Shown here: in pieces, positions 42,748-56,976 of the stretch | How positions within the stretch are numbered: the stretch's first letter is position 1 | Layout of the letters: the number at the start of each line of letters is the position of its first letter | From: the human T2T-CHM13v2.0 reference genome, Homo sapiens | Length of the DNA stretch: 64,000 bases | Strand: one strand, 5' to 3' | NCBI RefSeq assembly: GCF_009914755.1 | Contig: NC_060948.1 | Program-made: the position numbers and the translations under genes | Notes under the pieces: generated by a model | Told to the model about the DNA's origin: nothing | Databases searched by the model: none | What the model saw: the letters and a program-made list of their open reading frames with translations, nothing else

Positions 42748-45700
42748 TGGAGTGTTATGGAACGGACTCAAAAGGAATTGAATGTAATAGAATGGAGTGG
42801 AGTGGATTCGAATATAATGGACTGGAATGGAATGAAATCACATGGAATGGGAACGAATGGAATGGAATGGAAAGGAATGGAATCGAATGGAAAGGAATCG
42901 AATGGAAGGGAATGAAATTGAATCAACAGGAATGGAAGGGAATAGAATAGACGGTAATGGAATGGACTCGAATAGAATGGACACGAATGCTCAAATTGAA
43001 TGGACTCGAGTGGAATGGAAACGAAAGGAATGTCATCGAATGGAATTGAATCGATTGGAATGAAATCGCATAGAATGGAGTGGAATCAAATGGAATTGAA
43101 TCGAAAGGAAAGGAAGCGAATGGACTGAAATGAAATGGAATGGAATTGAATGGAAAGTAATGCAATGGAATAGAATGGAACGAAATTTCACGGAATGGAA
43201 TCAAACTGAATGGAATCAAATCAATGGAATCAAATCAAATGGAATGGAAAGGAATTGAATGGAGTAGATTGGATTGGATGGGATTGGAATGAAATGTACT
43301 GGAAAGGACTCGAATTTCATGAAACAGAATGGAATGAATTGGAACGGAATGGACTCGAATGGAATGGAATGTCATGGAATGGCATCAAATGGAATGGCAT
43401 CAAATGGAATGGAATCGAATGCAATGGAATGCTATGGAATGGAATGGAATGCATTGGAATGGAATGTCCTCTAATGGAATGGATTCGAGTGGAATGGAAT
43501 CGAATATAATGGAGTCGAATGAAATGGAATTGAAAGGAATGGGATCGAATACAATGGAATATACTGGAATGTAATGTAATGAACTCGAATGTAATTGACT
43601 GGAATGGAATGTACATGAATGGAATGTAATCGAATGGAAAGTAATCCAATGGAATAGAATCTAATGCAATAAAACCGACTCAGATAGAGTAGAATGCAAT
43701 GGAATGGAGTGCAGTGCAATGGAATGGAATGGAATGGAATGCAATGGAATGGAATGGAATGGAATGGAATGGAATGGAATGGGATGGGTTGGAATGGTAT
43801 GGAATGGATAGTAATGGACTGGAGTGAAATGGACTGGAAAGGAATGGACTCAAATTGAAAGGGCTCGAAAGGAATGGAGTCAAATGGAATGGTCTGGAAT
43901 GGAATGAACACGAATGTAATGCAATCCAATAGAATGGAATCGAATGGCATGGAATATAAAGAAATGGAATCGAAGAGAATGGAAAAAAATGGAATGGAAT
44001 TGAATGGAATGGAATTGAATGGAATGGGAACGAATGGAGTGAAATTTTATGCAGTAGAAAGGAATAGAATGGAATGCAAGCGAAAGGAAAGGAATGGATT
44101 GGAATGGAATGGAATTCATTGGAATGGAAGGGAATGTAGTGTAATGGACAGGCCTGGAATAAAGTGGAATGCTACGGTCTCGAATGGAATAAAAATGTAT
44201 GGAATGGAATGCAATGAAATGGAATCGAATGTCATAGAATGTAATGGAATGCAAAAAAATGGAATCCAAAATCATTGACTGGAAAGGCTGGGTGTCGAAA
44301 GGAATTGACTCCAATGGAATGGAATCGAATGGAATGGAAGTGAATAGAATCGAACTAAATCGAATGGAATGGAATTGATAGGAACGGAATGGAAAGGAAT
44401 GCAATGATTTGGCATGGAATGGAATCGAATGGCATCGAATGGAATGGAATGGAATGCAATGGAATGGAATGTATTAGAATGTAATGAACTTTAATGGAAT
44501 GTACTCGAATGGATTCGACTGGAATGGAATGTTCCGGAAGTGAATGGACTCCAATGGAATGGATTCAAAAGGAATGGAATCGTACGGAATGGAATCTAAT
44601 GGAATGGAATTAAATGGAAATGAATCAAATTGAATAGCACGGAATTGAATTGAATGGAATCGAATGCAATGGAATCTAATGAAACGGAAAGGAAAGGAAT
44701 GGAATGGAACGGAATGGGCTGGAATGGAAAGGAATCGAAACGAATGGAATGGAATCGAACTGAAGAGACTGGAATGGAATGCACTGGAATGGAAGGGAGT
44801 GTAATGGAAGGTTCTTGAAAAAAATGGAATCGAATGGAATGGAATTGAATGGAACGGAATAGAGTCGAATGGAATTGAATGGAATGGAATGGACTAGAGT
44901 GAAATGGAATCGAACCACAAGGAATGGACAGGAATAGAATGGTCTCGAATTGAATGGAATCGTATGGAATGGCATCAAACGGAATGGAATGGACAGCCAC
45001 GGAATGGAATGCACTCGAATGCAATGGAGTCGAAACTAATGGACTGGAATAGAATGGACTCGACTGGTACGGACTCCAATGGAATGGAATCGAATGGAAG
45101 GGAATCGAACGGAATGGACTCGAAGGGAAAAGACTGCAATGGAAAGGTCTCGAATGGAATGGAAATTAATGGAATGGAATGGAATCGAATGAAATGGAGT
45201 CAAAAGGAATGGAATCGAATGGCAAGAAATCGAATGTAATGGAATCGCAAGGAATTGATGTGAACGGAACGGAATGGAATGGAATCCAAAGGAATGGAAT
45301 AGAATGGAATGGAATCGAATGGAAAGGACTCGAATGGAAATCACTCGAATAGAATGCAATTTAATAAAATAGGATCAAATGTAATGGAATGGAATGGAAA
45401 GGAATCGAAACGAAAGGAATGGAGACAGATGGAATGGAATGGAACAGAGAGCAATGGTATAGAATGGAATGGAATCATGTGGAATGGAATTGAATGGAAT
45501 GGAATAATATGAAATGGAATGGAATGGAATGCCCTTGAATTAAATGGACTGGAATGGAATGGACTCGAACAGAGTGGAATGGAAAGTGTTGAGATAGAAT
45601 GGAATGGACTCCTTTGGAATGGTGTAGTATGCAATGCAATCGACTGGCAGGGAATCAAAAGGAATGTAATGGAATGGATTGGACTGGAATGCAATGGACT

Positions 45701-46301
45701 CGAATAGATTGGAAACGGAATGCAAAGGAATGGAATGGAATAGTATGGAATGGAATGGAAAGGAATGGAGTGGAATAGACTAGAGTGGAATGGAATGGAC
45801 TGGAAAGCAATGGACTGGATTGGAACTTTCTGGAATGGACTGGAATCAAACGGAATGGAATGCAATGCAATCAAATGGCATGGAATAAAATAGAATGAAA
45901 GAGAATCAAATGGAATTGAATCGAATGGAATCGAATGGATTGGAAAGGAATAGAATGGAATGGAATGGAATTGACTCAAATGGAATGGACTAGAATGGAA
46001 TGGATTCGAATGGAAGGCAAAGGAATGGAATCTATTGGAATGGACTGTAATGGAATGGAATGGAAGGGATTGGAATGGACTCGAATGGAATGGACTGCAA
46101 TAGAAAGGATTCGAATGGAATGAAAAAGAATTGAATGGAATAGAACAGAATGGAATCAAATCGAATGAAATGGAATGGAATAGAAAGGAATGGAATGAAA
46201 TGGAATGGAAAGGATTCGAATGGAATGCAATCGAATGGAATGGAATCGAACGGAATGGAATAAAATGGAAGAAAACTGGCAAGAAATGGAATCGAAATGA
46301 A
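42748..46301 (+). repeat. DYZ1 unit 13 (3554 bp; subtype B)
   Basis: Landmark spacing 42747->46301. B markers CTCGAG, GAAACAGAAT, GATGGGTTGG, TTCCGGA. Confidence 0.9.
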
Positions 46302-49300
46302 TGGAGTGTTATGGAACGGACTCAAAAGGAATTGAATGTAATAGAATGGAGTGGAGTGGACTCGAATATAATGGACTGGAATGGAATGAAATCACATGGA
46401 ATGGGAACGAATGGAATGGAATGGAAAAGAATGGAATCGAATGGAAAGGAATCGAATGGAAGGGAATGAAATTGAATCAACAGGAATGGAAGGGAATAGA
46501 ATAGATGGTAATGGAATGGACTCGAATAGAATGGACACGAATGCTCAAATTGAATGGACTCGAATGGAATGGAAACGAAAGGAATGTCATCGAATGGAAT
46601 TGAATCGATTGGAATGAAATCGCATAGAATGGAGTGGAATCAAATGGAATTGAATCGAAAGGAAAGGAAGCGAATGGACTGAAATGAAATGGAATGGAAT
46701 TGAATGGAAAGTAATGCAATGGAATAGAATGGAACGAAATTTCACGGAATGGAATCAAACTGAATGGAATCAAATCAATGGAATCTAATCAAAGGAATGG
46801 AAAGGAATTGAATGGAGTAGATTGGATTGGATGGGATTGGAATGAAATGTACTGGAAAGGACTCGAATTTCATGAAACGGAATGGAATGAATTGGAACGG
46901 AATGGACTCGAATGGAATGGAATGTCATGGAATGGCATCAAATGGAATGGCATCAAATGGAATGGAATCGAATGCAATGGAATGCTATGGAATGGAATGG
47001 AATGCATTGGAATGGAATGTCCTCTAATGGAATGGATTCGAGTGGAATGGAATCGAATATAATGGAGTCGAATGAAATGGAATTGAAAGGAATGGGATCG
47101 AATTCAATGGAATATACTGCAATGTAATGTAATGAACTCGAATGTAATTGACTGGAATGGAATGTACATGAATGGAATGTAATCGAATGGAAAGTAATCC
47201 AATGGAATAGAATCTAATGCAATAAAATCGACTCAGATAGAGTAGAATGTAATGGAATGGAGTGCAGTGCAATGGAATGGAATGGAATGGAATGCAATGG
47301 AATGGAATGGAATGGAATGGAATGGAATGGAATGGAATGGAATGGAATGGGATGGAATGGTATGGAATGGATAGTAATGGACTGGAGTGAAATGGACTGG
47401 AAAGGAATGGACTCAAATTGAAAGGGCTCGAAAGGAATGCAGTCAAATGCAATGGTCTGGAATGGAATGAACACGAATGTATTGCAATCCAATAGAATGG
47501 AATCGAATGGCATGGAATATAAAGAAATGGAATCGAAGAGAATGGAAACAAATGGAATGGAATTGAATGGAATGGAATTGAATAGAATGGGAACGAATGG
47601 AATGAAATTGTATGCAGTAGAAGAGAATAGAATGGAATGCAAGCGAAAGGAAAGGAATGGATTGGAATGGAATGGAATTCATTGGAATGCAAGGGAATGT
47701 AGTGTAATGGACAGGCCTGGAATAAAGTGGAATGCTACGGTCTCGAATGGAATAAAAATGTATGGAATGGAATGCAATGAAACGGAATCGAATGTCATAG
47801 AATGTAATGGAATGCAAAAAAATGGAATCCAAAATCATTGACTGGAAAGGCTGGGTGTCGAAAGGAATTGACTCCAATGGAATGGAATCAAATGGAATGG
47901 AAGTGAATAGAATCGAACTAAATCGAATGGAATGGAATTGATAGGAACGGAATGGAAAGGAATGCAATGATTTGGCATGGAATGGAATCGAATGGCATCG
48001 AATGGAATGGAATGGAATGCAATGGAATGGAATGTATTAGAATGTAATGAACTTTAATGGAATGTACTCGAATGGATTCGACTGGAATGGAATGTTCTGG
48101 AAGTGAATGGACTCCAATGGAATGGATTCAAAAGGAATGGAATCGTACGGAATGGAATCTAATGGAATGGAATTAAATGGAAATGAATCAAATTGAATAG
48201 CACGGAATTGAATTGAATGGAATGGAATGCAATGGAATCTAATGAAACGGAAAGGAAAGGAATGGAATGGAATGGAATGGGCTGGAATGGAAAGGAATCG
48301 AAACGAATGGAATGGAATCGAACTGAAGAGACTGGAATGGAATGCACTGGAATGGAAGGGAGTGTAATGGAAGGTTCTCGAAAAAAATGGAATCGAATGG
48401 AATGGAATTGAATGGAACGGAATAGAGTCGAATGGAATTGAATGGAATGGAATGGACTAGAGTGAAATGGAATCGAACCACAAGGAATGGACAGGAATAG
48501 AATGGCCTCGAATTGAATGGAATCGTATGGAATGGCATCAAACGGAATGGAATGGACAGCCACGGAATGGAATGCACTCGAATGCAATGGAGTCGAAACT
48601 AATGGACTGGAATAGAATGGACTCGACTGGTACGGACTCCAATGGAATGGAATCGAATGGAAGGGAATCGAACGGAATGGACTCGAAGGGAAAAGACTGC
48701 AATGGAAAGGTCTCGAATGGAATGGAAATTAATGGAATGGAATGGAATCGAATGAAAAGGAGTCAAAAGGAATGGAATCGAATGGCAAGAAATCGAATGT
48801 AATGGAATCGCAAGGAATTGATGTGAACGGAACGGAATGGAATGGAATCCAAAGGAATGGAATAGAATGGAATGGAATCGAATGGAAAGGACTCGAATGG
48901 AAATCACTCGAATAGAATGCAATTTAATAAAATAGGATCAAATGTAATGGAATGGAATGGAAAGGAATCGAAACGAAAGGAATGGAGACAGATGGAATGG
49001 AATGGAACAGAGAGCAATGGTATAGAATGGAATGGAATCATCTGGAATGGAATTGAATGGAATGGAATAATATGAAATGGAATGGAATGGAATGGAATGG
49101 AATGCCCTTGAATTAAATGGACTGGAATGGAATGGACTCGAACAGAGTGGAATGGAAAGTGTTGAGATAGAATGGAATGGACTCCTTTGGAATGGTGTAG
49201 TATGCAATGCAATCGACTGGCAGGGAATCAAAAGGAATGTAATGGAATGGATTGGACTGGAATGCAATGGACTCGAATAGATTGGAAACGGAATGCAAAG

Positions 49301-49859
49301 GAATGGAATGGAATAGTATGGAATGGAATGGAAAGGAATGGAGTGGAATAGACTAGAGTGGAATGGAATGGACTGGAAAGCAATGGACTGGAATGGAACT
49401 TTCTTGAATGGACTGGAATCAAACGGAATGGAATGCAATGCAATCAAATGGCATGGAATAAAATAGAATGAAAGAGAATCAAATGGAATTGAATCGAATG
49501 GAATCGAATGGATTGGAAAGGAATAGAATGGAATGGAATGGAATGGACTAGAATGGAATGGATTCGAATGGAAGGCAAAGGAATGGAATCTATTGGAATG
49601 GACTGTAATGGAATGGAATGGAAGGGATTGGAATGGACTCGAATGGAATGGACTGCAATAGAAAGGATTCGAATGGAATGAAAAAGAATTGAATGGAATA
49701 GAACAGAATGGAATCAAATCGAATGAAATGGAATGGAATAGAAAGGAATGGAATGAAATGGAATGGAAAGGATTCGAATGGAATGCAATCGAATGGAATG
49801 GAATCGAACGGAATGGAATAAAATGGAAGAAAACTGGCAAGAAATGGAATCGAAATGAA
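46302..49859 (+). repeat. DYZ1 unit 14 (3558 bp; subtype A)
   Basis: Landmark spacing 46301->49859. A markers and extra HaeIII site at 48504-48507. Confidence 0.9.
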
Positions 49860-52800
49860 TGGAGTGTTATGGAACGGACTCAAAAGGAATTGAATGTAAT
49901 AGAATGGAGTGGAGTGGATTCGAATATAATGGACTGGAATGGAATGAAATCACATGGAATGGGAACGAATGGAATGGAATGGAAAGGAATGGAATCGAAT
50001 GGAAAGGAATCGAATGGAAGGGAATGAAATTGAATCAACAGGAATGGAAGGGAATAGAATAGACGGTAATGGAATGGACTCGAATAGAATGGACACGAAT
50101 GCTCAAATTGAATGGACTCGAGTGGAATGGAAACGAAAGGAATGTCATCGAATGGAATTGAATCGATTGGAATGAAATCGCATAGAATGGAGTGGAATCA
50201 AATGGAATTGAATCGAAAGGAAAGGAAGCGAATGGACTGAAATGAAATGGAATGGAATTGAATGGAAAGTAATGCAATGGAATAGAATGGAACGAAATTT
50301 CACGGAATGGAATCAAACTGAATGGAATCAAATCAATGGAATCAAATCAAATGGAATGGAAAGGAATTGAATGGAGTAGATTGGATTGGATGGGATTGGA
50401 ATGAAATGTACTGGAAAGGACTCGAATTTCATGAAACAGAATGGAATGAATTGGAACGGAATGGACTCGAATGGAATGGAATGTCATGGAATGGCATCAA
50501 ATGGAATGGCATCAAATGGAATGGAATCGAATGCAATGGAATGCTATGGAATGGAATGGAATGCATTGGAATGGAATGTCCTCTAATGGAATGGATTCGA
50601 GTGGAATGGAATCGAATATAATGGAGTCGAATGAAATGGAATTGAAAGGAATGGGATCGAATACAATGGAATATACTGGAATGTAATGTAATGAACTCGA
50701 ATGTAATTGACTGGAATGGAATGTACATGAATGGAATGTAATCGAATGGAAAGTAATCCAATGGAATAGAATCTAATGCAATAAAACCGACTCAGATAGA
50801 GTAGAATGTAATGGAATGGAGTGCAGTGCAATGGAATGGAATGGAATGGAATGCAATGGAATGGAATGGAATGGAATGGAATGGAATGGAATGGGATGGG
50901 TTGGAATGGTATGGAATGGATAGTAATGGACTGGAGTGAAATGGACTGGAAAGGAATGGACTCAAATTGAAAGGGCTCGAAAGGAAAGGAGTCAAATGGA
51001 ATGGTCTGGAATGGAATGAACACGAATGTAATGCAATCCAATAGAATGGAATCGAATGGCATGGAATATAAAGAAATGGAATCGAAGAGAATGGAAAAAA
51101 ATGGAATGGAATTGAATGGAATGGAATTGAATGGAATGGGAACGAATGGAGTGAAATTTTATGCAGTAGAAAGGAATAGAATGGAATGCAAGCGAAAGGA
51201 AAGGAATGGATTGGAATGGAATGGAATTCATTGGAATGGAAGGGAATGTAGTGTAATGGACAGGCCTGGAATAAAGTGGAATGCTACGGTCTCGAATGGA
51301 ATAAAAATGTATGGAATGGAATGCAATGAAACGGAATCGAATGTCATAGAATGTAATGGAATGCAAAAAAATGGAATCCAAAATCATTGACTGGAAAGGC
51401 TGGGTGTCGAAAGGAATTGACTCCAATGGAATGGAATCGAATGGAATGGAAGTGAATAGAATCGAACTAAATCGAATGGAATGGAATTGATAGGAACGGA
51501 ATGGAAAGGAATGCAATGATTTGGCATGGAATGGAATCGAATGGCATCGAATGGAATGGAATGGAATGCAATGGAATGGAATGTATTAGAATGTAATGAA
51601 CTTTAATGGAATGTACTCGAATGGATTCGACTGGAATGGAATGTTCCGGAAGTGAATGGACTCCAATGGAATGGATTCAAAAGGAATGGAATCGTACGGA
51701 ATGGAATCTAATGGAATGGAATTAAATGGAAATGAATCAAATTGAATAGCACGGAATTGAATTGAATGGAATCGAATGCAATGGAATCTAATGAAACGGA
51801 AAGGAAAGGAATGGAATGGAACGGAATGGGCTGGAATGGAAAGGAATCGAAACGAATGGAATGGAATCGAACTGAAGAGACTGGAATGGAATGCACTGGA
51901 ATGGAAGGGAGTGTAATGGAAGGTTCTCGAAAAAAATGGAATCGAATGGAATGGAATTGAATGGAACGGAATAGAGTCGAATGGAATTGAATGGAATGGA
52001 ATGGACTAGAGTGAAATGGAATCGAACCACAAGGAATGGACAGGAATAGAATGGTCTCGAATTGAATGGAATCGTATGGAATGACATCAAACGGAATGGA
52101 ATGGACACCCACGGAATGGAATGCACTCGAATGCAATGGAGTCGAAACTAATGGACTGGAATAGAATGGACTCGACTGGTACGGACTCCAATGGAATGGA
52201 ATCGAATGGAAGGGAATCGAACGGAATGGACTCGAAGGGAAAAGACTGCAATGGAAAGGTCTCGAATGGAATGGAAATTAATGGAATGGAATGGAATCGA
52301 ATGAAATGGAGTCAAAAGGAATGGAATCGAATGGCAAGAAATCGAATGTAATGGAATCGCAAGGAATTGATGTGAACGGAACGGAATGGAATGGAATCCA
52401 AAGGAATGGAATAGAATGGAATGGAATCGAATGGAAAGGACTCGAATGGAAATCACTCGAATAGAATGCAATTTAATAAAATAGGATCAAATTTAATGGA
52501 ATGGAATGGAAAGGAATCGAAACGAAAGGAATGGAGACAGATGGAATGGAATGGAACAGAGAGCAATGGTATAGAATGGAATGGAATCATGTGGAATGGA
52601 ATTGAATGGAATGGAATAATATGAAATGGAATGGAATGGAATGCCCTTGAATTAAATGGACTGGAATGGAATGGACTCGAACAGAGTGGAATGGAAAGTG
52701 TTGAGATAGAATGGAATGGACTCCTTTGGAATGGTGTAGTATGCAATGCAATCGACTGGCAGGGAATCAAAAGGAATGTAATGGAATGGATTGGACTGGA

Positions 52801-53413
52801 ATGCAATGGACTCGAATAGATTGGAAACGGAATGCAAAGGAATGGAATGGAATAGTATGGAATGGAATGGAAAGGAATGGAGTGGAATAGACTAGAGTGG
52901 AATGGAATGGACTGGAAAGCAATGGACTGGATTGGAACTTTCTTGAATGGACTGGAATCAAACGGAATGGAATGCAATGCAATCAAATGGCATGGAATAA
53001 AATAGAATGAAAGAGAATCAAATGGAATTGAATCGAATGGAATCGAATGGATTGGAAAGGAATAGAATGGAATGGAATGGAATTGACTCAAATGGAATGG
53101 ACTAGAATGGAATGGATTCGAATGGAAGGCAAAGGAATGGAATCTATTGGAATGGACTGTAATGGAATGGAATGGAAGGGATTGGAATGGACTCGAATGG
53201 AATGGACTGCAATAGAAAGGATTCGAATGGAATGAAAAAGAATTGAATGGAATAGAACAGAATGGAATCAAATCGAATGAAATGGAATGGAATAGAAAAG
53301 AATGGAATGAAATGGAATGGAAAGGATTCGAATGGAATGCAATCGAATGGAATGGAATCGAACGGAATGGAATAAAATGGAAGAAAACTGGCAAGAAATG
53401 GAATCGAAATGAA
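49860..53413 (+). repeat. DYZ1 unit 15 (3554 bp; subtype B)
   Basis: Landmark spacing 49859->53413. Same B markers as unit 13, offset by 7112 bp. Confidence 0.9.
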
Positions 53414-56400
53414 TGGAGTGTTATGGAACGGACTCAAAAGGAATTGAATGTAATAGAATGGAGTGGAGTGGACTCGAATATAATGGACTGGAATGGAATG
53501 AAATCACATGGAATGGGAACGAATGGAATGGAATGGAAAAGAATGGAATCGAATGGAAAGGAATCGAATGGAAGGGAATGAAATTGAATCAACAGGAATG
53601 GAAGGGAATAGAATAGATGGTAATGGAATGGACTCGAATAGAATGGACACGAATGCTCAAATTGAATGGACTCGAATGGAATGGAAACGAAAGGAATGTC
53701 ATCGAATGGAATTGAATCGATTGGAATGAAATCGCATAGAATGGAGTGGAATCAAATGGAATTGAATCGAAAGGAAAGGAAGCGAATGGACTGAAATGAA
53801 ATGGAATGGAATTGAATGGAAAGTAATGCAATGGAATAGAATGGAACGAAATTTCACGGAATGGAATCAAACTGAATGGAATCAAATCAATGGAATCTAA
53901 TCAAAGGAATGGAAAGGAATTGAATGGAGTAGATTGGATTGGATGGGATTGGAATGAAATGTACTGGAAAGGACTCGAATTTCATGAAACGGAATGGAAT
54001 GAATTGGAACGGAATGGACTCGAATGGAATGGAATGTCATGGAATGGCATCAAATGGAATGGCATCAAATGGAATGGAATCGAATGCAATGGAATGCTAT
54101 GGAATGGAATGGAATGCATTGGAATGGAATGTCCTCTAATGGAATGGATTCGAGTGGAATGGAATCGAATATAATGGAGTCGAATGAAATGGAATTGAAA
54201 GGAATGGGATCGAATTCAATGGAATATACTGCAATGTAATGTAATGAACTCGAATGTAATTGACTGGAATGGAATGTACATGAATGGAATGTAATCGAAT
54301 GGAAAGTAATCCAATGGAATAGAATCTAATGCAATAAAATCGACTCAGATAGAGTAGAATGTAATGGAATGGAGTGCAGTGCAATGGAATGGAATGGAAT
54401 GGAATGCAATGGAATGGAATGGAATGGAATGGAATGGAATGGAATGGAATGGAATGGAATGGGATGGAATGGTATGGAATGGATAGTAATGGACTAGAGT
54501 GAAATGGACTGGAAAGGAATGGACTCAAATTGAAAGGGCTCGAAAGGAATGCAGTCAAATGCAATGGTCTGGAATGGAATGAAGACGAATGTATTGCAAT
54601 CCAATAGAATGGAATCGAATGGCATGGAATATAAAGAAATGGAATCGAAGAGAATGGAAACAAATGGAATGGAATTGAATGGAATGGAATTGAATAGAAT
54701 GGGAACGAATGGAATGAAATTGTATGCAGTAGAAGAGAATAGAATGGAATGCAAGCGAAAGGAAAGGAATGGATTGGAATGGAATGGAATTCATTGGAAT
54801 GGAAGGGAATGTAGTGTAATGGACAGGCCTGGAATAAAGTGGAATGCTACGGTCTCGAATGGAATAAAAATGTATGGAATGGAATGCAATGAAACGGAAT
54901 CGAATGTCATAGAATGTAATGGAATGCAAAAAAATGGAATCCAAAATCATTGACTGGAAAGGCTGGGTGTCGAAAGGAATTGACTCCAATGGAATGGAAT
55001 CGAATGGAATGGAAGTGAATAGAATCGAACTAAATCGAATGGAATGGAATTGATAGGAACGGAATGGAAAGGAATGCAATGATTTGGCATGGAATGGAAT
55101 CGAATGGCATCGAATGGAATGGAATGGAATGCAATGGAATGGAATGTATTAGAATGTAATGAACTTTAATGGAATGTACTCGAATGGATTCGACTGGAAT
55201 GGAATGTTCTGGAAGTGAATGGACTCCAATGGAATGGATTCAAAAGGAATGGAATCGTACGGAATGGAATCTAATGGAATGGAATTAAATGGAAATGAAT
55301 CAAATTGAATAGCACGGAATTGAATTGAATGGAATGGAATGCAATGGAATCTAATGAAACGGAAAGGAAAGGAATGGAATGGAATGGAATGGGCTGGAAT
55401 GGAAAGGAATCGAAACGAATGGAATGGAATCGAACTGAAGAGACTGGAATGGAATGCACTGGAATGGAAGGGAGTGTAATGGAAGGTTCTCGAAAAAAAT
55501 GGAATCGAATGGAATGGAATTGAATGGAACGGAATAGAGTCGAATGGAATTGAATGGAATGGAATGGACTAGAGTGAAATGGAATCGAACCACAAGGAAT
55601 GGACAGGAATAGAATGGTCTCCAATTGAATGGAATCGTATGGAATGGCATCAAACGGAATGGAATGGACAGCCACGGAATGGAATGCACTCGAATGCAAT
55701 GGAGTCGAAACTAATGGACTGGAATAGAATGGACTCGACTGGTACGGACTCCAATGGAATGGAATCGAATGGAAGGGAATCGAACGGAATGGACTCGAAG
55801 GGAAAAGACTGCAATGGAAAGGTCTCGAATGGAATGGAAATTAATGGAATGGAATGGAATCGAATGAAAAGGAGTCAAAAGGAATGGAATCGAATGGCAA
55901 GAAATCGAATGTAATGGAATCGCAAGGAATTGATGTGAACGGAACGGAATGGAATGGAATCCAAAGGAATGGAATAGAATGGAATGGAATCGAATGGGAA
56001 GGACTCGAATGGAAATCACTCGAATAGAATGCAATTTAATAAAATAGGATCAAATGTAATGGAATGGAATGGAAAGGAATCGAAACGAAAGGAATGGAGA
56101 CAGATGGAATGGAATGGAACAGAGAGCAATGGTATAGAATGGAATGGAATCATGTGGAATGGAATTGAATGGAATGGAATAATATGAAATGGAATGGAAT
56201 GGAATGCCCTTGAATTAAATGGACTGGAATGGAATGGACTCGAACAGAGTGGAATGGAAAGTGTTGAGATAGAATGGAATGGACTCCTTTGGAATGGTGT
56301 AGTATGCAATGCAATCGACTGGCAGGGAATCAAAAGGAATGTAATGGAATGGATTGGACTGGAATGCAATGGACTCGAATAGATTGGAAACGGAATGCAA

Positions 56401-56976
56401 AGGAATGGAATGGAATAGTATGGAATGGAATGGAAAGGAATGGAGTGGAATAGACTAGAGTGGAATGGAATGGACTGGAAAGCAATGGACTGGATTGGAA
56501 CTTTCTTGAATGGACTGGAATCAAACGGAATGGAATGCAATGCAATCAAATGGCATGGAATAAAATAGAATGAAAGAGAATCAAATGGAATTGAATCGAA
56601 TGGAATCGAATGGATTGGAAAGGAATAGAATGGAATGGAATGGAATTGACTCAAATGGAATGGACTAGAATGGAATGGATTCGAATGGAAGGCAAAGGAA
56701 TGGAATCTATTGGAATGGACTGTAATGGAATGGAATGGAAGGGATTGGAATGGACTCGAATGGAATGGACTGCAATAGAAAGGATTCGAATGGAATGAAA
56801 AAGAATTGAATGGAATAGAACAGAATGGAATCAAATCGAATGAAATGGAATGGAATAGAAAGGAATGGAATGAAATGGAATGGAAAGGATTCGAATGGAA
56901 TGCAATCGAATGGAATGGAATCGAACGGAATGGAATAAAATGGAAGAAAACTGGCAAGAAATGGAATCGAAATGAA
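53414..56976 (+). repeat. DYZ1 unit 16 (3563 bp; A/B chimera)
   Basis: Landmark spacing 53413->56976. A markers up to ~55870, B markers from ~56154. Confidence 0.88.
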
